60,465 bases of DNA, taken from IMG/VR virus record IMGVR_UViG_3300028025_001549, positions 1 to 60,465 of that record, one strand, 5' to 3'. Numbering within the stretch: the first letter of the stretch is position 1; each line of letters starts with the position of its first letter. Below are positions 9,828 to 18,595 of this stretch, piece by piece. Source of the DNA: a virus. Lineage: Duplodnaviria > Caudoviricetes. The position numbers were made by a program, and so were the translations under genes. A model generated the notes under the pieces. That model was not told the DNA's origin, ran no database searches, and saw only the letters and a program-made list of their open reading frames with translations.

Positions 9828-11539
9828 TTGTATTTAAAAGTGTAAGCTGGAAGAACTTTCTTTCTACTGGCAACTCACCTAATAAGGTTCTCTTAAACAA
9901 ATCGCAAACTACTTTAATCATCGGTAAGAATGGTGAAGGTAAAAGCACAATCTTAGATGCATTGTGCTTTTCATTGTTTGGTAAGCCCTTTCGTAATGTT
10001 AACAAAGGTCAGCTGATTAACTCTATCAATGGTAAGGGTTGTTTAGTTGAGGTTGAGTTTGAAGTTAATGGCAAAGAGTATAAAATCATTCGTGGTATTA
10101 AACCAAACGTATTTGAGATTTGGTGTGAGAATGAAATGCTTAATCAGGATGCTGCTTCTCGTGATTACCAAAAGATCCTTGAGCAACAAATCCTTCGATT
10201 AAACTATAAGACTTTTACTCAGGTAGTTATCTTAGGTTCTGCGTCATTCGTTCCATTTATGCAGTTGTCTTCATCACAACGTAGAGAAGTTATTGAGGAT
10301 ATCCTTGACATTAGAATCTTCTCTACAATGAATACCTTATTGAAAGAAAAAGCGCAGGAGACTAAAGATGCTATTACCCGAACAGAGAATGATATCAGGA
10401 GTGCAAAAGACAAGGTCGAAAATCAACAGACGATTATCAAAACGATTACCGAAGCAAAGACTACCGCAATCGAAAGCATCGTATCAAAGATATCTGTTAA
10501 CAATGCTGAAATTTTACAGACAGAGGGCGAGATCGAACTTATCGTTTCGGAGATCGATACTCTTAAAGCAAGCATCAATGATAAAGGCAATGTTACTGAA
10601 GACATCGACAAAGCCAAGTCAATCAAATCCAAGTTACTCCAGAAGATCGAAACTTGCGAGCACCACTCGGAGTTTTTTAACGAACATGACGTATGTCCAA
10701 GTTGTAACCAAGATATCGCAGAAGAATACAAAGAGAGTATTGTCAAAGATCTTAATGAGAAAATGTTGGACAACAACACAAAGATTAATGAACTCGAAAC
10801 AATACTTACAAACCTCAACGAAAAGTTATCTGAAATTAACGAAGTGGTTGGGCAAATTACCGATAAGAACATTGAGTTATCTACAAGAAACAGTACGATC
10901 ACCTTACTCAACAAACAAATCCGTGAACTTGAAGCTGAGACCCAAAGGGTTAAATCTGACACAACTAACATCGATGAGGAGAAGGGTAAACTAAAAGAAC
11001 TTGCCCAAGATGCGTTGAATAAGATTACTCAAAAGAATCAGTTGATGGAACATCGTAACATTGAAGAAGTTGCCAATGTTCTATTGAAGGACACTGGTAT
11101 TAAGACTGCGATTATTCGTGAGTATTTACCAGCGATGAATAAGTTGATCAATAAATATCTGAACGCAATGGATACGTATATTCACTTTGAACTTGACGAA
11201 GCGTTCAATGAAAAGATCAAGTCTCGTTTCCGTGATGAGTTTACTTATGCAAGTTTCTCTGAGGGCGAGAAGATGCGTATTGACCTTGCGATCCTTTTTA
11301 CTTGGCGTTCAATTGCAAAGATGAAGAACTCGGTCAACACTAACCTTCTCTTACTTGATGAAATCTTTGATTCAAGTTTAGATACGGCAGGGACTGACTA
11401 TTTCCTTACGCTTATGAATACCCTCGGAGAGAATTCAAACATCTTTGTTATCAGTCATAAGGGTGATCAACTCTTTGATAAGTTCAGATCTGTCATAAAA
11501 TTTGAGAAACGCAACGACTTTTCAGTGATTTCACAATAA
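9824..11539 (+). CDS. 46: recombination ATPase gp46 (Rad50/SbcC-like)
   Basis: WKNFLSTGN, GKNGEGKS, CPSC hook, FSEGEKMRID, LLDEIFD, ISH. Confidence 0.97.
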   Translation: MIVFKSVSWKNFLSTGNSPNKVLLNKSQTTLIIGKNGEGKSTILDALCFSLFGKPFRNVNKGQLINSINGKGCLVEVEFEVNGKEYKIIRGIKPNVFEIWCENEMLNQDAASRDYQKILEQQILRLNYKTFTQVVILGSASFVPFMQLSSSQRREVIEDILDIRIFSTMNTLLKEKAQETKDAITRTENDIRSAKDKVENQQTIIKTITEAKTTAIESIVSKISVNNAEILQTEGEIELIVSEIDTLKASINDKGNVTEDIDKAKSIKSKLLQKIETCEHHSEFFNEHDVCPSCNQDIAEEYKESIVKDLNEKMLDNNTKINELETILTNLNEKLSEINEVVGQITDKNIELSTRNSTITLLNKQIRELEAETQRVKSDTTNIDEEKGKLKELAQDALNKITQKNQLMEHRNIEEVANVLLKDTGIKTAIIREYLPAMNKLINKYLNAMDTYIHFELDEAFNEKIKSRFRDEFTYASFSEGEKMRIDLAILFTWRSIAKMKNSVNTNLLLLDEIFDSSLDTAGTDYFLTLMNTLGENSNIFVISHKGDQLFDKFRSVIKFEKRNDFSVISQ

Positions 11540-11640
11540 CCCTACAGGTAGTAGGGTTAAAAAACCCTTTAAAATCAATAACTTACGGCTGCAATTAAAT
11601 ATCGCTTTACTTTTACCAAAGGATAGTGTATAATAGTTGT
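11537..11640 (+). promoter_or_regulatory. early promoter module 1 (palindrome, IHF-like site, TTTACT-N17-TATAAT)
   Basis: TAACCCTAC-N5-GTAGGGTTA 11537-11559; AATCAATAACTTA 11573-11585; -35 at 11606-11611, -10 at 11629-11634. Confidence 0.8.
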
Positions 11641-11665
11641 ATAAATTGATTGAAAGGTGTTTATT

Positions 11666-11851
11666 ATGCAAATTCATAAAGATATGTGGGCAGACTTTAA
11701 TGACTACGAACTAGCCAAACTCTGCTATACGTATGGCATCGAAGAAGAATTGGTGTTCGCTGATAACCTTACTTTGGCAAATCGCGACGAAGTTGAAAAA
11801 TTGCTCACTGATTTTGAAATGGATATCGCTGCAGCTGGAGAATACCTATAA
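11666..11851 (+). CDS. small acidic hypothetical early protein
   Basis: ORF after early promoter, AAAGG RBS, overlaps next start. Confidence 0.6.
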   Translation: MQIHKDMWADFNDYELAKLCYTYGIEEELVFADNLTLANRDEVEKLLTDFEMDIAAAGEYL

Positions 11852-14034
11852 TGGATATCAAATCATCAGACCTTTCCGCACGTCTACTCGCTACTGAAAA
11901 TCTTTCAGTTCAACGTGCTAGAACTCGCACTGCATCATTCGATGTAAAATCCCGTGTATTAACACTACCTCTTTGGAAGGACATGACTCCCGAGATTGAG
12001 GATATGCTTGTTGGTCACGAAGTCGGTCATGCATTGTATACGACTGAAGACTACTTTGTTCCTATTCAACAGAATTCAAAAATTATGACTTACCTCAACG
12101 TACTGGAAGATGTACGTATTGAGAAACTCATCAAGCGCAAATATCCAGGGCTGCGTAAACGCATGAACGAAGGATATAAGCAACTGAACGATCGCGACTT
12201 CTTTGGTGTCAAACAAGTTCAGTCCTTTGACGACCTGTTGTTGATTGATAAAATTAATCTTTACTTCAAAGCAGGATTCTCCTGTGGTGTTCAATTTTCA
12301 CCTGAAGAAAAACAATTCGCAAATCGTGCTGAACGCACCGAGACTGTTGAAGAAGTTATCGCTCTGGCTGAAGAAGTATGGGCTTATTCAAAAGAACAGT
12401 TGGAAGAAAAGAAGAAGAAAGCATTACAAAATGCTACACCTGAAGATCTTGAAGACCTCGAAGAGCAAGAAGATTCCGATGGTGAGTTTGATGATGCTGA
12501 TATTGATTATGATGACTTCGAGGAAACTGACGAAGAACAAGAACAAGAACTGAAGCCAGCCAAACAAAAATCTTCTAGTGAAGAAAAGAAAGAAGAGCAG
12601 GAATCCCCTTCAGTTGGTGACCAAGAACTTGAGTCAAAAACCGAGAAAGCATTCGCTGAGAAGTTGGAAGACCTCGCTGACGAAAGCACTGAATATCTTT
12701 ATCATGAATTTGATACTGAATATATGGTTGACCCAGTTGTTGGCTATAAAACAATTCTCAATGAAACCAAAGCAGTATGGGTCAAAGACGAAGAGAATGT
12801 TACCGAGGAAGATCGCAAGTTTATTGCTTCCGAGAATGGTAAGTACGATAAGTTTAAAGCTGAGACTACCAGTGCAGTCAACTACTTGGTAAAAGAATTT
12901 GAGATGCGTAAGTCTGCCGCCCTATACAAACGTGCTCAGGTTTCTAAGTCTGGTACATTGGATATGAAAAAAGTTTATGCATATAAATTGCAGGATGACT
13001 TGTTCAAACGTGTTACTATTCTCCCACAAGGTAAGAACCATGGTATGTTGTTCTTGCTTGACTGGTCGGGTTCAATGGATGGTGTTCTTGAAGATACATT
13101 GAAACAAGTTATCAACTTAGCAATGTTCTGCGCTCGAATCAATATTCCATATCGTGTGTTGGCATTCACATCGCAATACAATGACCGTAAGTATCCTACT
13201 GAAGCAGAACAGATTCGTCAACGTAACTTCATTACCAACAAACGTATTCGCAATGAAGGTAAGAATGTTCTTACTAATGCCAACAACAATTTCAATCTCC
13301 TTGAGTTGTTTTCTAGCAAGATGACTACCAGCGAATTCCATTCTATGGGTAAACGTGTTATCAATCGTAGATTCCAATGGAACGAAGGGTATAGCACTGG
13401 TGGCACTCCGCTGAATGAAGCATTGGTTTGGATGTATCTTAACATCGACAAGTATATCAAACAGAATTCTATTGAGAAGCTGACCTTGATTACGTTGACT
13501 GATGGTGAGGGTGGTCCGCTATATTCTTCTGAGGGTGATATGTCTGATACACGTTATGGATATGATTCCAGCGGTATGACTAAGAAAATCAAACAGAAAC
13601 ATTTTATCCGTGATGAAGTTACGCAAAAGACTTATCAGTTGACAAGATTCGCGAATCCTCAAACTGAAACGTATTTGCGTATGATTAAAGATCGTCATAA
13701 TATTATGGTTGTTGGTTTCTATATCTGCCGCAATGCTCGTCGTGACTTGCAGTGTGCGCTGAATTCTAACCTACCATCATTCAATGGTGATACTTATTCT
13801 CAAATTGAATCTTGGAGGAAAGACTTCCGCCACCAAGGGTTTGCGTCAATTAAGAATACTGGTCGCGATGATCTGTTCTTGATTCCTCAAACTGCAACGA
13901 AGATTGTTGAATCTGACCTTGATGTAAAAGCCGATGCAAATGCAAAGGTTATTGCAAAGGAATTCGGTAAGTTTTTGAACGTAAGGAAGACTTCCCGAGT
14001 CCTACTCAATAGGTTCGTAGGCTACGTTGCGTAA
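11851..14034 (+). CDS. metallopeptidase-like plus vWA domain protein (CobT-like MoxR partner)
   Basis: HEVGH, NVLEDVRIE, acidic linker, MIDAS DWSGS, GGTPL, LTDGE. Confidence 0.85.
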   Translation: MDIKSSDLSARLLATENLSVQRARTRTASFDVKSRVLTLPLWKDMTPEIEDMLVGHEVGHALYTTEDYFVPIQQNSKIMTYLNVLEDVRIEKLIKRKYPGLRKRMNEGYKQLNDRDFFGVKQVQSFDDLLLIDKINLYFKAGFSCGVQFSPEEKQFANRAERTETVEEVIALAEEVWAYSKEQLEEKKKKALQNATPEDLEDLEEQEDSDGEFDDADIDYDDFEETDEEQEQELKPAKQKSSSEEKKEEQESPSVGDQELESKTEKAFAEKLEDLADESTEYLYHEFDTEYMVDPVVGYKTILNETKAVWVKDEENVTEEDRKFIASENGKYDKFKAETTSAVNYLVKEFEMRKSAALYKRAQVSKSGTLDMKKVYAYKLQDDLFKRVTILPQGKNHGMLFLLDWSGSMDGVLEDTLKQVINLAMFCARINIPYRVLAFTSQYNDRKYPTEAEQIRQRNFITNKRIRNEGKNVLTNANNNFNLLELFSSKMTTSEFHSMGKRVINRRFQWNEGYSTGGTPLNEALVWMYLNIDKYIKQNSIEKLTLITLTDGEGGPLYSSEGDMSDTRYGYDSSGMTKKIKQKHFIRDEVTQKTYQLTRFANPQTETYLRMIKDRHNIMVVGFYICRNARRDLQCALNSNLPSFNGDTYSQIESWRKDFRHQGFASIKNTGRDDLFLIPQTATKIVESDLDVKADANAKVIAKEFGKFLNVRKTSRVLLNRFVGYVA

Positions 14035-14130
14035 GTTGTTGATTTTAAAGGGGATTTTATTCCCCTCAAATCTGCAAGGGATTACAAAATTTCGCTTTAC
14101 TTTAATGCAAGGTTGGCGTATAATAGTTGT
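14032..14130 (+). promoter_or_regulatory. early promoter module 2
   Basis: Reverse-oriented IHF-like TAAGTTGTTGATT 14032-14044; TTTACT 14096-14101, N17, TATAAT 14119-14124. Confidence 0.8.
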
Positions 14131-14172
14131 ATAAGTTGATTAAATTATGATGTTTTTTTGAAAGTGAGTTAT

Positions 14173-15336
14173 ATGATGGCTAAAATTGACCCTGTGTTTC
14201 AGACTGAGTTTGAGACAAAATTGTTTGAATTGTTCCCAGACGTAAAGACTGAAGGCATGGTTCAAAATGCGCAGTTGCTAGAAACAATGCGTGCTCTTAA
14301 TACGAAGACCTCGCCCAAGTGGTTGATGGTGAATAAAGTAAGTCGTGGTTTGTATGCGATTGATGGTAGTAAACCTATGGTCGTTGGCAATACTGTATTG
14401 AAACCCCAACCAAAGATTGAATCGTTTACAGTGGATTATACTAATACAGCATCTTTGATCCCTGCGAAGGATCCGAACTTTGTTCCATTCGGTAACTATG
14501 CCGACTTGGAAAATATTATTAAGGCGAAGATTTTCTATCCAGCCTATATCAGTGGTCCGACTGGGAACGGTAAGTCAACTATGATTGAGCAGATTTGCGC
14601 CAAGCATAAGCGTCCATTGATTCGTGTTAACTTGAATATGATGACTGATGAGGAACAACTCATCGGTACGAAAACCCTTGAAGATGGTAACGTGCTTATC
14701 GTTGAAGGTCCAGTCCTTATCGCTATGCGAACTGGTTGCACTTTGTTGCTTGACGAGATTGATGCTGGCTCAGCAAATACTTTGCTTTGCTTGCAACCAA
14801 TCCTTGAGGGTAAACCTTATTACTTCAAACTAAAGAATGAGATGATTGTTCCTGCTCCTGGATTTAATATTTTCGCCACTGCGAATACCAAGGGTAAGGG
14901 TTCAGATGATGGTCGTTACATTGGTACGAACGTCTTGAACGAAGCATTCTTGGAACGATTCGCTGTGACCTTTGAACAGGATTATCCTAACGCAAAGATT
15001 GAGCAAAAGATTATTGAGAATCTGATGGAAAGCTACGAATGCAAAGACGTAGAGTTCGCAGAGACATTAGTTAAATGGGCTGACGCAATCCGTCGCACGT
15101 TTGCTGATGGTGGTGTGGATGAAACTATTACGACTCGTCGTATGATTCATATTGTTCGTGCTTATGCAATCTTTAAGAAGCGTGAGAAAGCAGTGGAACT
15201 TTGCTGCAATCGGTTTGACACTGCTACTAAGAATGCATTTATCGACCTGTATGATAAAGTTGCAAATCCTGCGCCTGAGGTTATTGCAACACCTGAAGTT
15301 GCTGCAACACCTGCAAGTGATGAGGTTCCATTTTAA
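14173..15336 (+). CDS. CobS/MoxR-like AAA+ ATPase
   Basis: GPTGNGKS, LLDEID, ATANTKGKGSDDGRYIGT, EAFLERF. Confidence 0.9.
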   Translation: MMAKIDPVFQTEFETKLFELFPDVKTEGMVQNAQLLETMRALNTKTSPKWLMVNKVSRGLYAIDGSKPMVVGNTVLKPQPKIESFTVDYTNTASLIPAKDPNFVPFGNYADLENIIKAKIFYPAYISGPTGNGKSTMIEQICAKHKRPLIRVNLNMMTDEEQLIGTKTLEDGNVLIVEGPVLIAMRTGCTLLLDEIDAGSANTLLCLQPILEGKPYYFKLKNEMIVPAPGFNIFATANTKGKGSDDGRYIGTNVLNEAFLERFAVTFEQDYPNAKIEQKIIENLMESYECKDVEFAETLVKWADAIRRTFADGGVDETITTRRMIHIVRAYAIFKKREKAVELCCNRFDTATKNAFIDLYDKVANPAPEVIATPEVAATPASDEVPF

Positions 15337-15338
15337 AC

Positions 15339-15367
15339 TTGACTTGCAATCTAAATCGTAGTATAAT
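15339..15367 (+). promoter_or_regulatory. sigma70-type promoter
   Basis: TTGACT-N17-TATAAT. Confidence 0.75.
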
Positions 15368-15397
15368 ATTATTTGAAACTGAAAAAGGAAATTGATT

Positions 15398-15850
15398 ATG
15401 TTGAAATTTGTTGACCTGAGCATGGCTCAAAAGAAATGCGTTGTTGCTTTGATTGAAGCCCAACCCTCTCTTAAGAAAAATGGCAAGATCTCTTTGAAAG
15501 AAGTCGTTGCTATCACCCAAGACTTGGCATCCAAGCGTACTGCTGGTGCTGTCAAGATTGGTTATCCTAACTGGTTGTTCAAGACCAATAAAGTAGAACG
15601 TGGTGTGTACCAATTGCCAGTTCCTACTGACGCTGAACTTTCTTCTTATACGAAAGCACTAACCAACAAACCTGCGTCTAGCAAGATTGTTAAGAACAAG
15701 AAAGTGGTAAAGGTTGTTTCTAAAGCGAAACCTTCCACTGATCTTTCTGAGACCACTCGTCTTGAAAAGATTATTAATGATTCTGTTGAAGTTGATCAGG
15801 ACACTGAAGACTTCAATCAGATCTTACGTGAGAACGGCATCGAAGTCTAA
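15398..15850 (+). CDS. basic hypothetical protein, possibly DNA-binding
   Basis: Lys-rich; YPNWL..KVERGVY resembles the N-terminal module of the adjacent ATPase (PKWL..KVSRGLY). Confidence 0.65.
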   Translation: MLKFVDLSMAQKKCVVALIEAQPSLKKNGKISLKEVVAITQDLASKRTAGAVKIGYPNWLFKTNKVERGVYQLPVPTDAELSSYTKALTNKPASSKIVKNKKVVKVVSKAKPSTDLSETTRLEKIINDSVEVDQDTEDFNQILRENGIEV

Positions 15851-15864
15851 CTCACGTCTTTGGT

Positions 15865-15903
15865 ACCAGAGGGGTCACTGCCATCTCCCCTCTGGTTTTT
15901 TTT
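15865..15903 (+). terminator. hairpin terminator
   Basis: ACCAGAGGGG-N12-CCCCTCTGGT then T tract. Confidence 0.7.
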
Positions 15904-15938
15904 ATTTTGTGATGGTTAAATTATGGAGTCATTTTAAA

Positions 15939-16199
15939 ATGTCTAAACAAAACTTGCTGTTGAAGCACCTTAATGCTGGTAAAGCATTCACCGCAAAGCA
16001 AATCTCTGCTTCTTTCGGTATCGCTCAACCAGCGTCCACAATCCGTAACTTGCGTGAGCAAGGCTACTGCGTTTACTCTAACCCAGCAGTTGTAAATGGT
16101 GCTGAAGTTGTTAAGTACCGCATTGGTAAGCCAACTCGTGCTATGGTCGCTCTTGCTGCAGCTGTGCGTGGTTCTTCTGTATTTACTCGTACAGTTTAA
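15939..16199 (+). CDS. small winged-HTH DNA-binding protein
   Basis: LLKHLNAGKAFTAKQISASFGIAQPASTIRNLREQGY; GGAG RBS before ATG 15939. Confidence 0.7.
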   Translation: MSKQNLLLKHLNAGKAFTAKQISASFGIAQPASTIRNLREQGYCVYSNPAVVNGAEVVKYRIGKPTRAMVALAAAVRGSSVFTRTV

Positions 16200-16212
16200 T
16201 TAAGTGAGTTAT

Positions 16213-16240
16213 AAATGGGCATTCTTCGGAGTGCTCATTT
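16213..16240 (+). terminator. UUCG hairpin, probable terminator or stabiliser
   Basis: AAATGGGCATTC-TTCG-GAGTGCTCATTT. Confidence 0.6.
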
Positions 16241-16262
16241 GTAGCATCCATTTGGAGATACT

Positions 16263-16364
16263 ATGACTGAGATTATTTTAACTATTACTTTCCTTATTAT
16301 CATTGCTATAATTTGGAAAGGTATTTCCTGTTTGAAGAACAGTAAAGAAACATCGGAGGATTAA
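16263..16364 (+). CDS. 33 aa membrane peptide (not in ORF track)
   Basis: GGAG RBS; MTEIILTITFLIIIAIIWKG...; stop overlaps next ATG. Confidence 0.55.
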   Translation: MTEIILTITFLIIIAIIWKGISCLKNSKETSED

Positions 16365-16705
16365 TGCCAACACCAGAAGAAGTAAAAGCATCGCAAATTG
16401 CCACCACAGGTGGTCGTAAATTTGATGGTGGTAAACTACAATATGGTTTGCTCCCACCACTTGCATTAAAAGCAACTGTAGAAATCCTAACATTTGGTGC
16501 GGAGAAATATGAACCAGATAATTGGAAGAATGTTCCTGACTCAAAACGTAGATACTTTGACGCAATGCAAAGACATCTTTGGGCATGGAAAGAGGGAGAA
16601 CAAGATGATCCCGAAACTGGCAAGAATCACTTGGCACACGCAATGTGTTGCCTAATGTTCTTGTATGAACACGATGTAAAGTATTCTAAGGATTCAAATG
16701 TTTAA
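16364..16705 (+). CDS. dATP/dGTP diphosphohydrolase-like (DUF5664-type) protein
   Basis: GRKFDGGKLQYGLLP, FGAEKYEPDNWK, YFDAMQRHLWAW, DPETGKNHLAHA. Confidence 0.85.
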   Translation: MPTPEEVKASQIATTGGRKFDGGKLQYGLLPPLALKATVEILTFGAEKYEPDNWKNVPDSKRRYFDAMQRHLWAWKEGEQDDPETGKNHLAHAMCCLMFLYEHDVKYSKDSNV

Positions 16706-16874
16706 AATGTTAATTACATTTATTTCTTTGTTCATTATATTCTATACTGGAATTGAAATCTTCCGTAAGTTTACTGGCAAAGAGAAATGGGAAATCGCAA
16801 AGACAATTTCATATAGTCTAGCAATTTCTCTGGCAGTGGTAGTGTTTCTGGTTTTAATTGTTGTTTTATTTTAA
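16698..16874 (+). CDS. 58 aa two-TM membrane protein (not in ORF track)
   Basis: MFKMLITFISLFIIFYTG...SLAISLAVVVFLVLIVVLF*, AAGGA RBS. Confidence 0.6.
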   Translation: MFKMLITFISLFIIFYTGIEIFRKFTGKEKWEIAKTISYSLAISLAVVVFLVLIVVLF

Positions 16875-16883
16875 GGATTAATT

Positions 16884-17687
16884 ATGAAAAGTGTTTTGAA
16901 AATCTCTGCCCTTGTTACTGCTATGGCTCTGGCCACTGGTTGTACTCGTATTGAAACTGGAGAAGTTGGTCTGCGTCGTGGCTTTGATAAGCAAGTTAAG
17001 AATGAAGAGTTGCTTCCTGGATCTTTCAACCAAGTTATTATTGGAGAGGTTCTAACATTCCCTGTGAAAGAAATTTCAGTCAAGGTTGAGGATATGACTC
17101 CATTGGCTAAAGATAATAGCACAATGAAAGACTTTGATGCATTGGTTACATATAATATTAACCAAGCCCAAGTAGCTGAAATTTATAACAGTAAGAATCG
17201 TAGCTTCCATGCTACACATAATGGTGATGTTTACTTGATGTATAACTACATCTTCAATGCTTCACGCAATGCTATCTACAAGTCAGCACGAAAGTATGAA
17301 GCACTTGAGATGGGTGATGCTCGTCAAGCAATGGAAACTGAAATCAAAGAACAGATTACACGAACTCTGGCTGAGGAAAAGTTGGATGGTACTATTGTTA
17401 TCGGACAGGTTCTAATCCGTAACATCGTACCTGCTGATTCAGTTGTTGCTTCTGCCAACGAATTGGTAAAAGCAAAGAATGAATATAAGACTGAAGAAGT
17501 TAAGGTGGCTACTGCTCGTAAGCGTAACGAATCTATGCAAGCAAACCCTATGGCTATCCCATTGCTGAAAGCAGAAGCCGAAGCAGATGCTATGCGTAGT
17601 TTGCCAGGTGCCATTGCCAACTTTAAGGGACAGACACTTGTTATCAATGGTGTAGTAACTCCAACTGTAACTACTAACCAAAAATAA
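16884..17687 (+). CDS. SPFH/band-7 (prohibitin-like) lipoprotein
   Basis: Lipobox LATGC, RIETGEVGLR, SPFH-like core and C-terminal AEAEA coil. Confidence 0.8.
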   Translation: MKSVLKISALVTAMALATGCTRIETGEVGLRRGFDKQVKNEELLPGSFNQVIIGEVLTFPVKEISVKVEDMTPLAKDNSTMKDFDALVTYNINQAQVAEIYNSKNRSFHATHNGDVYLMYNYIFNASRNAIYKSARKYEALEMGDARQAMETEIKEQITRTLAEEKLDGTIVIGQVLIRNIVPADSVVASANELVKAKNEYKTEEVKVATARKRNESMQANPMAIPLLKAEAEADAMRSLPGAIANFKGQTLVINGVVTPTVTTNQK

Positions 17688-17689
17688 AT

Positions 17690-17718
17690 TTGACAAAAAT
17701 GTCATTTAGGGGTATAAT
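17690..17718 (+). promoter_or_regulatory. consensus sigma70 promoter upstream of the clamp/clamp-loader genes
   Basis: TTGACA-N17-TATAAT, perfect consensus. Confidence 0.85.
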
Positions 17719-17759
17719 GTATTATACATATTATTATACCAAACAAAAAGGAGATAATA

Positions 17760-17936
17760 ATGGACCAAGTATTTGTACGTTGTGCCCTAGATGGACATGA
17801 GAATCAAAAGTATTGTGGATTGGTTGAACACTACAAAACCAATGGAACTGCCGACCAGTGCCCACATCAACAAGAATGTAGTGATTTGAAAACCCATGTT
17901 AATAATGAAGAAGGAAAATTAAATGAAATTAAGTAA
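17760..17936 (+). CDS. 58 aa Cys/His-containing hypothetical protein (not in ORF track)
   Basis: AGGGAG RBS; MDQVFVRCALDGHENQKYCG...CPHQQEC. Confidence 0.55.
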   Translation: MDQVFVRCALDGHENQKYCGLVEHYKTNGTADQCPHQQECSDLKTHVNNEEGKLNEIK

Positions 17937-18579
17937 AGAAACCGTAGGATTGATTAAGAACTTTGCTGGTATTAATAGCAATCTGCTTTTGAAGTCTGGT
18001 AATAAACTAGCCACTATCTCGGCTCAGAAAAACGTAATGGCTGATGCAGTTGTTACTGAAACATTCCCCGACTTCGGCATCTATGATCTTAATGAGTTCC
18101 TCGGTGCCATGTCTTTGTTTGAAGATCCAGAATTGACATTCAATGAGAAATGGGTAACGATCGAACAAGGTGGTAACAGCATTAAGTATTTCGCAGCTGA
18201 TGCAAGCGTATTGACTGCTCCGCAAAAAGCAATTACCTTCCCTGATGCAGAAATTGAATTCCCTATGAGTGCTAATATGCTCAGCATGATTCAACGCACC
18301 GCTTCTGTGCTGCGTGCTTCTGACGTGTCAATCGTTGGTGATGGTTCAACTATTGCTGTAGTTGTTGGTGACAAAAAGAATGCCACTGGTAACTCGTATA
18401 ACTCCGCAGTTGGCGCAACTGATAAGAAGTTCAAAGTTAATTTGAAGGTAGAAAACCTAAAGATGATTCCAGGTGACTATCAAGTGTCTATTTCCAGTAA
18501 GAAGATCTCTCGCTTCAAAGGTGCTGGCGATTTAGTTTATTATGTTGCAGTTGAGGCAGATTCTACATTCGAAGTTTAA
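17923..18579 (+). CDS. 45: sliding clamp gp45
   Basis: MKLSKETV..KNFAGINS, FGIYDLNEFL, YYVAVE. Confidence 0.95.
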   Translation: MKLSKETVGLIKNFAGINSNLLLKSGNKLATISAQKNVMADAVVTETFPDFGIYDLNEFLGAMSLFEDPELTFNEKWVTIEQGGNSIKYFAADASVLTAPQKAITFPDAEIEFPMSANMLSMIQRTASVLRASDVSIVGDGSTIAVVVGDKKNATGNSYNSAVGATDKKFKVNLKVENLKMIPGDYQVSISSKKISRFKGAGDLVYYVAVEADSTFEV

Positions 18580-18595
18580 TTGAGAGATTTATATT

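Noticed and set aside
14173-15336. Cobalamin-biosynthesis gene cobS as a metabolic auxiliary gene
   Set aside because: Phage CobS-like proteins are MoxR-type ATPases paired with vWA proteins, and no other cob genes are present
15714-15938. N-terminal extension of the wHTH ORF
   Set aside because: It crosses a terminator-like hairpin; GGAG plus ATG 15939 is the better start
16364-16705. Calling a Z-genome (2-aminoadenine) system
   Set aside because: No purZ or datZ in the window; a single hydrolase is insufficient
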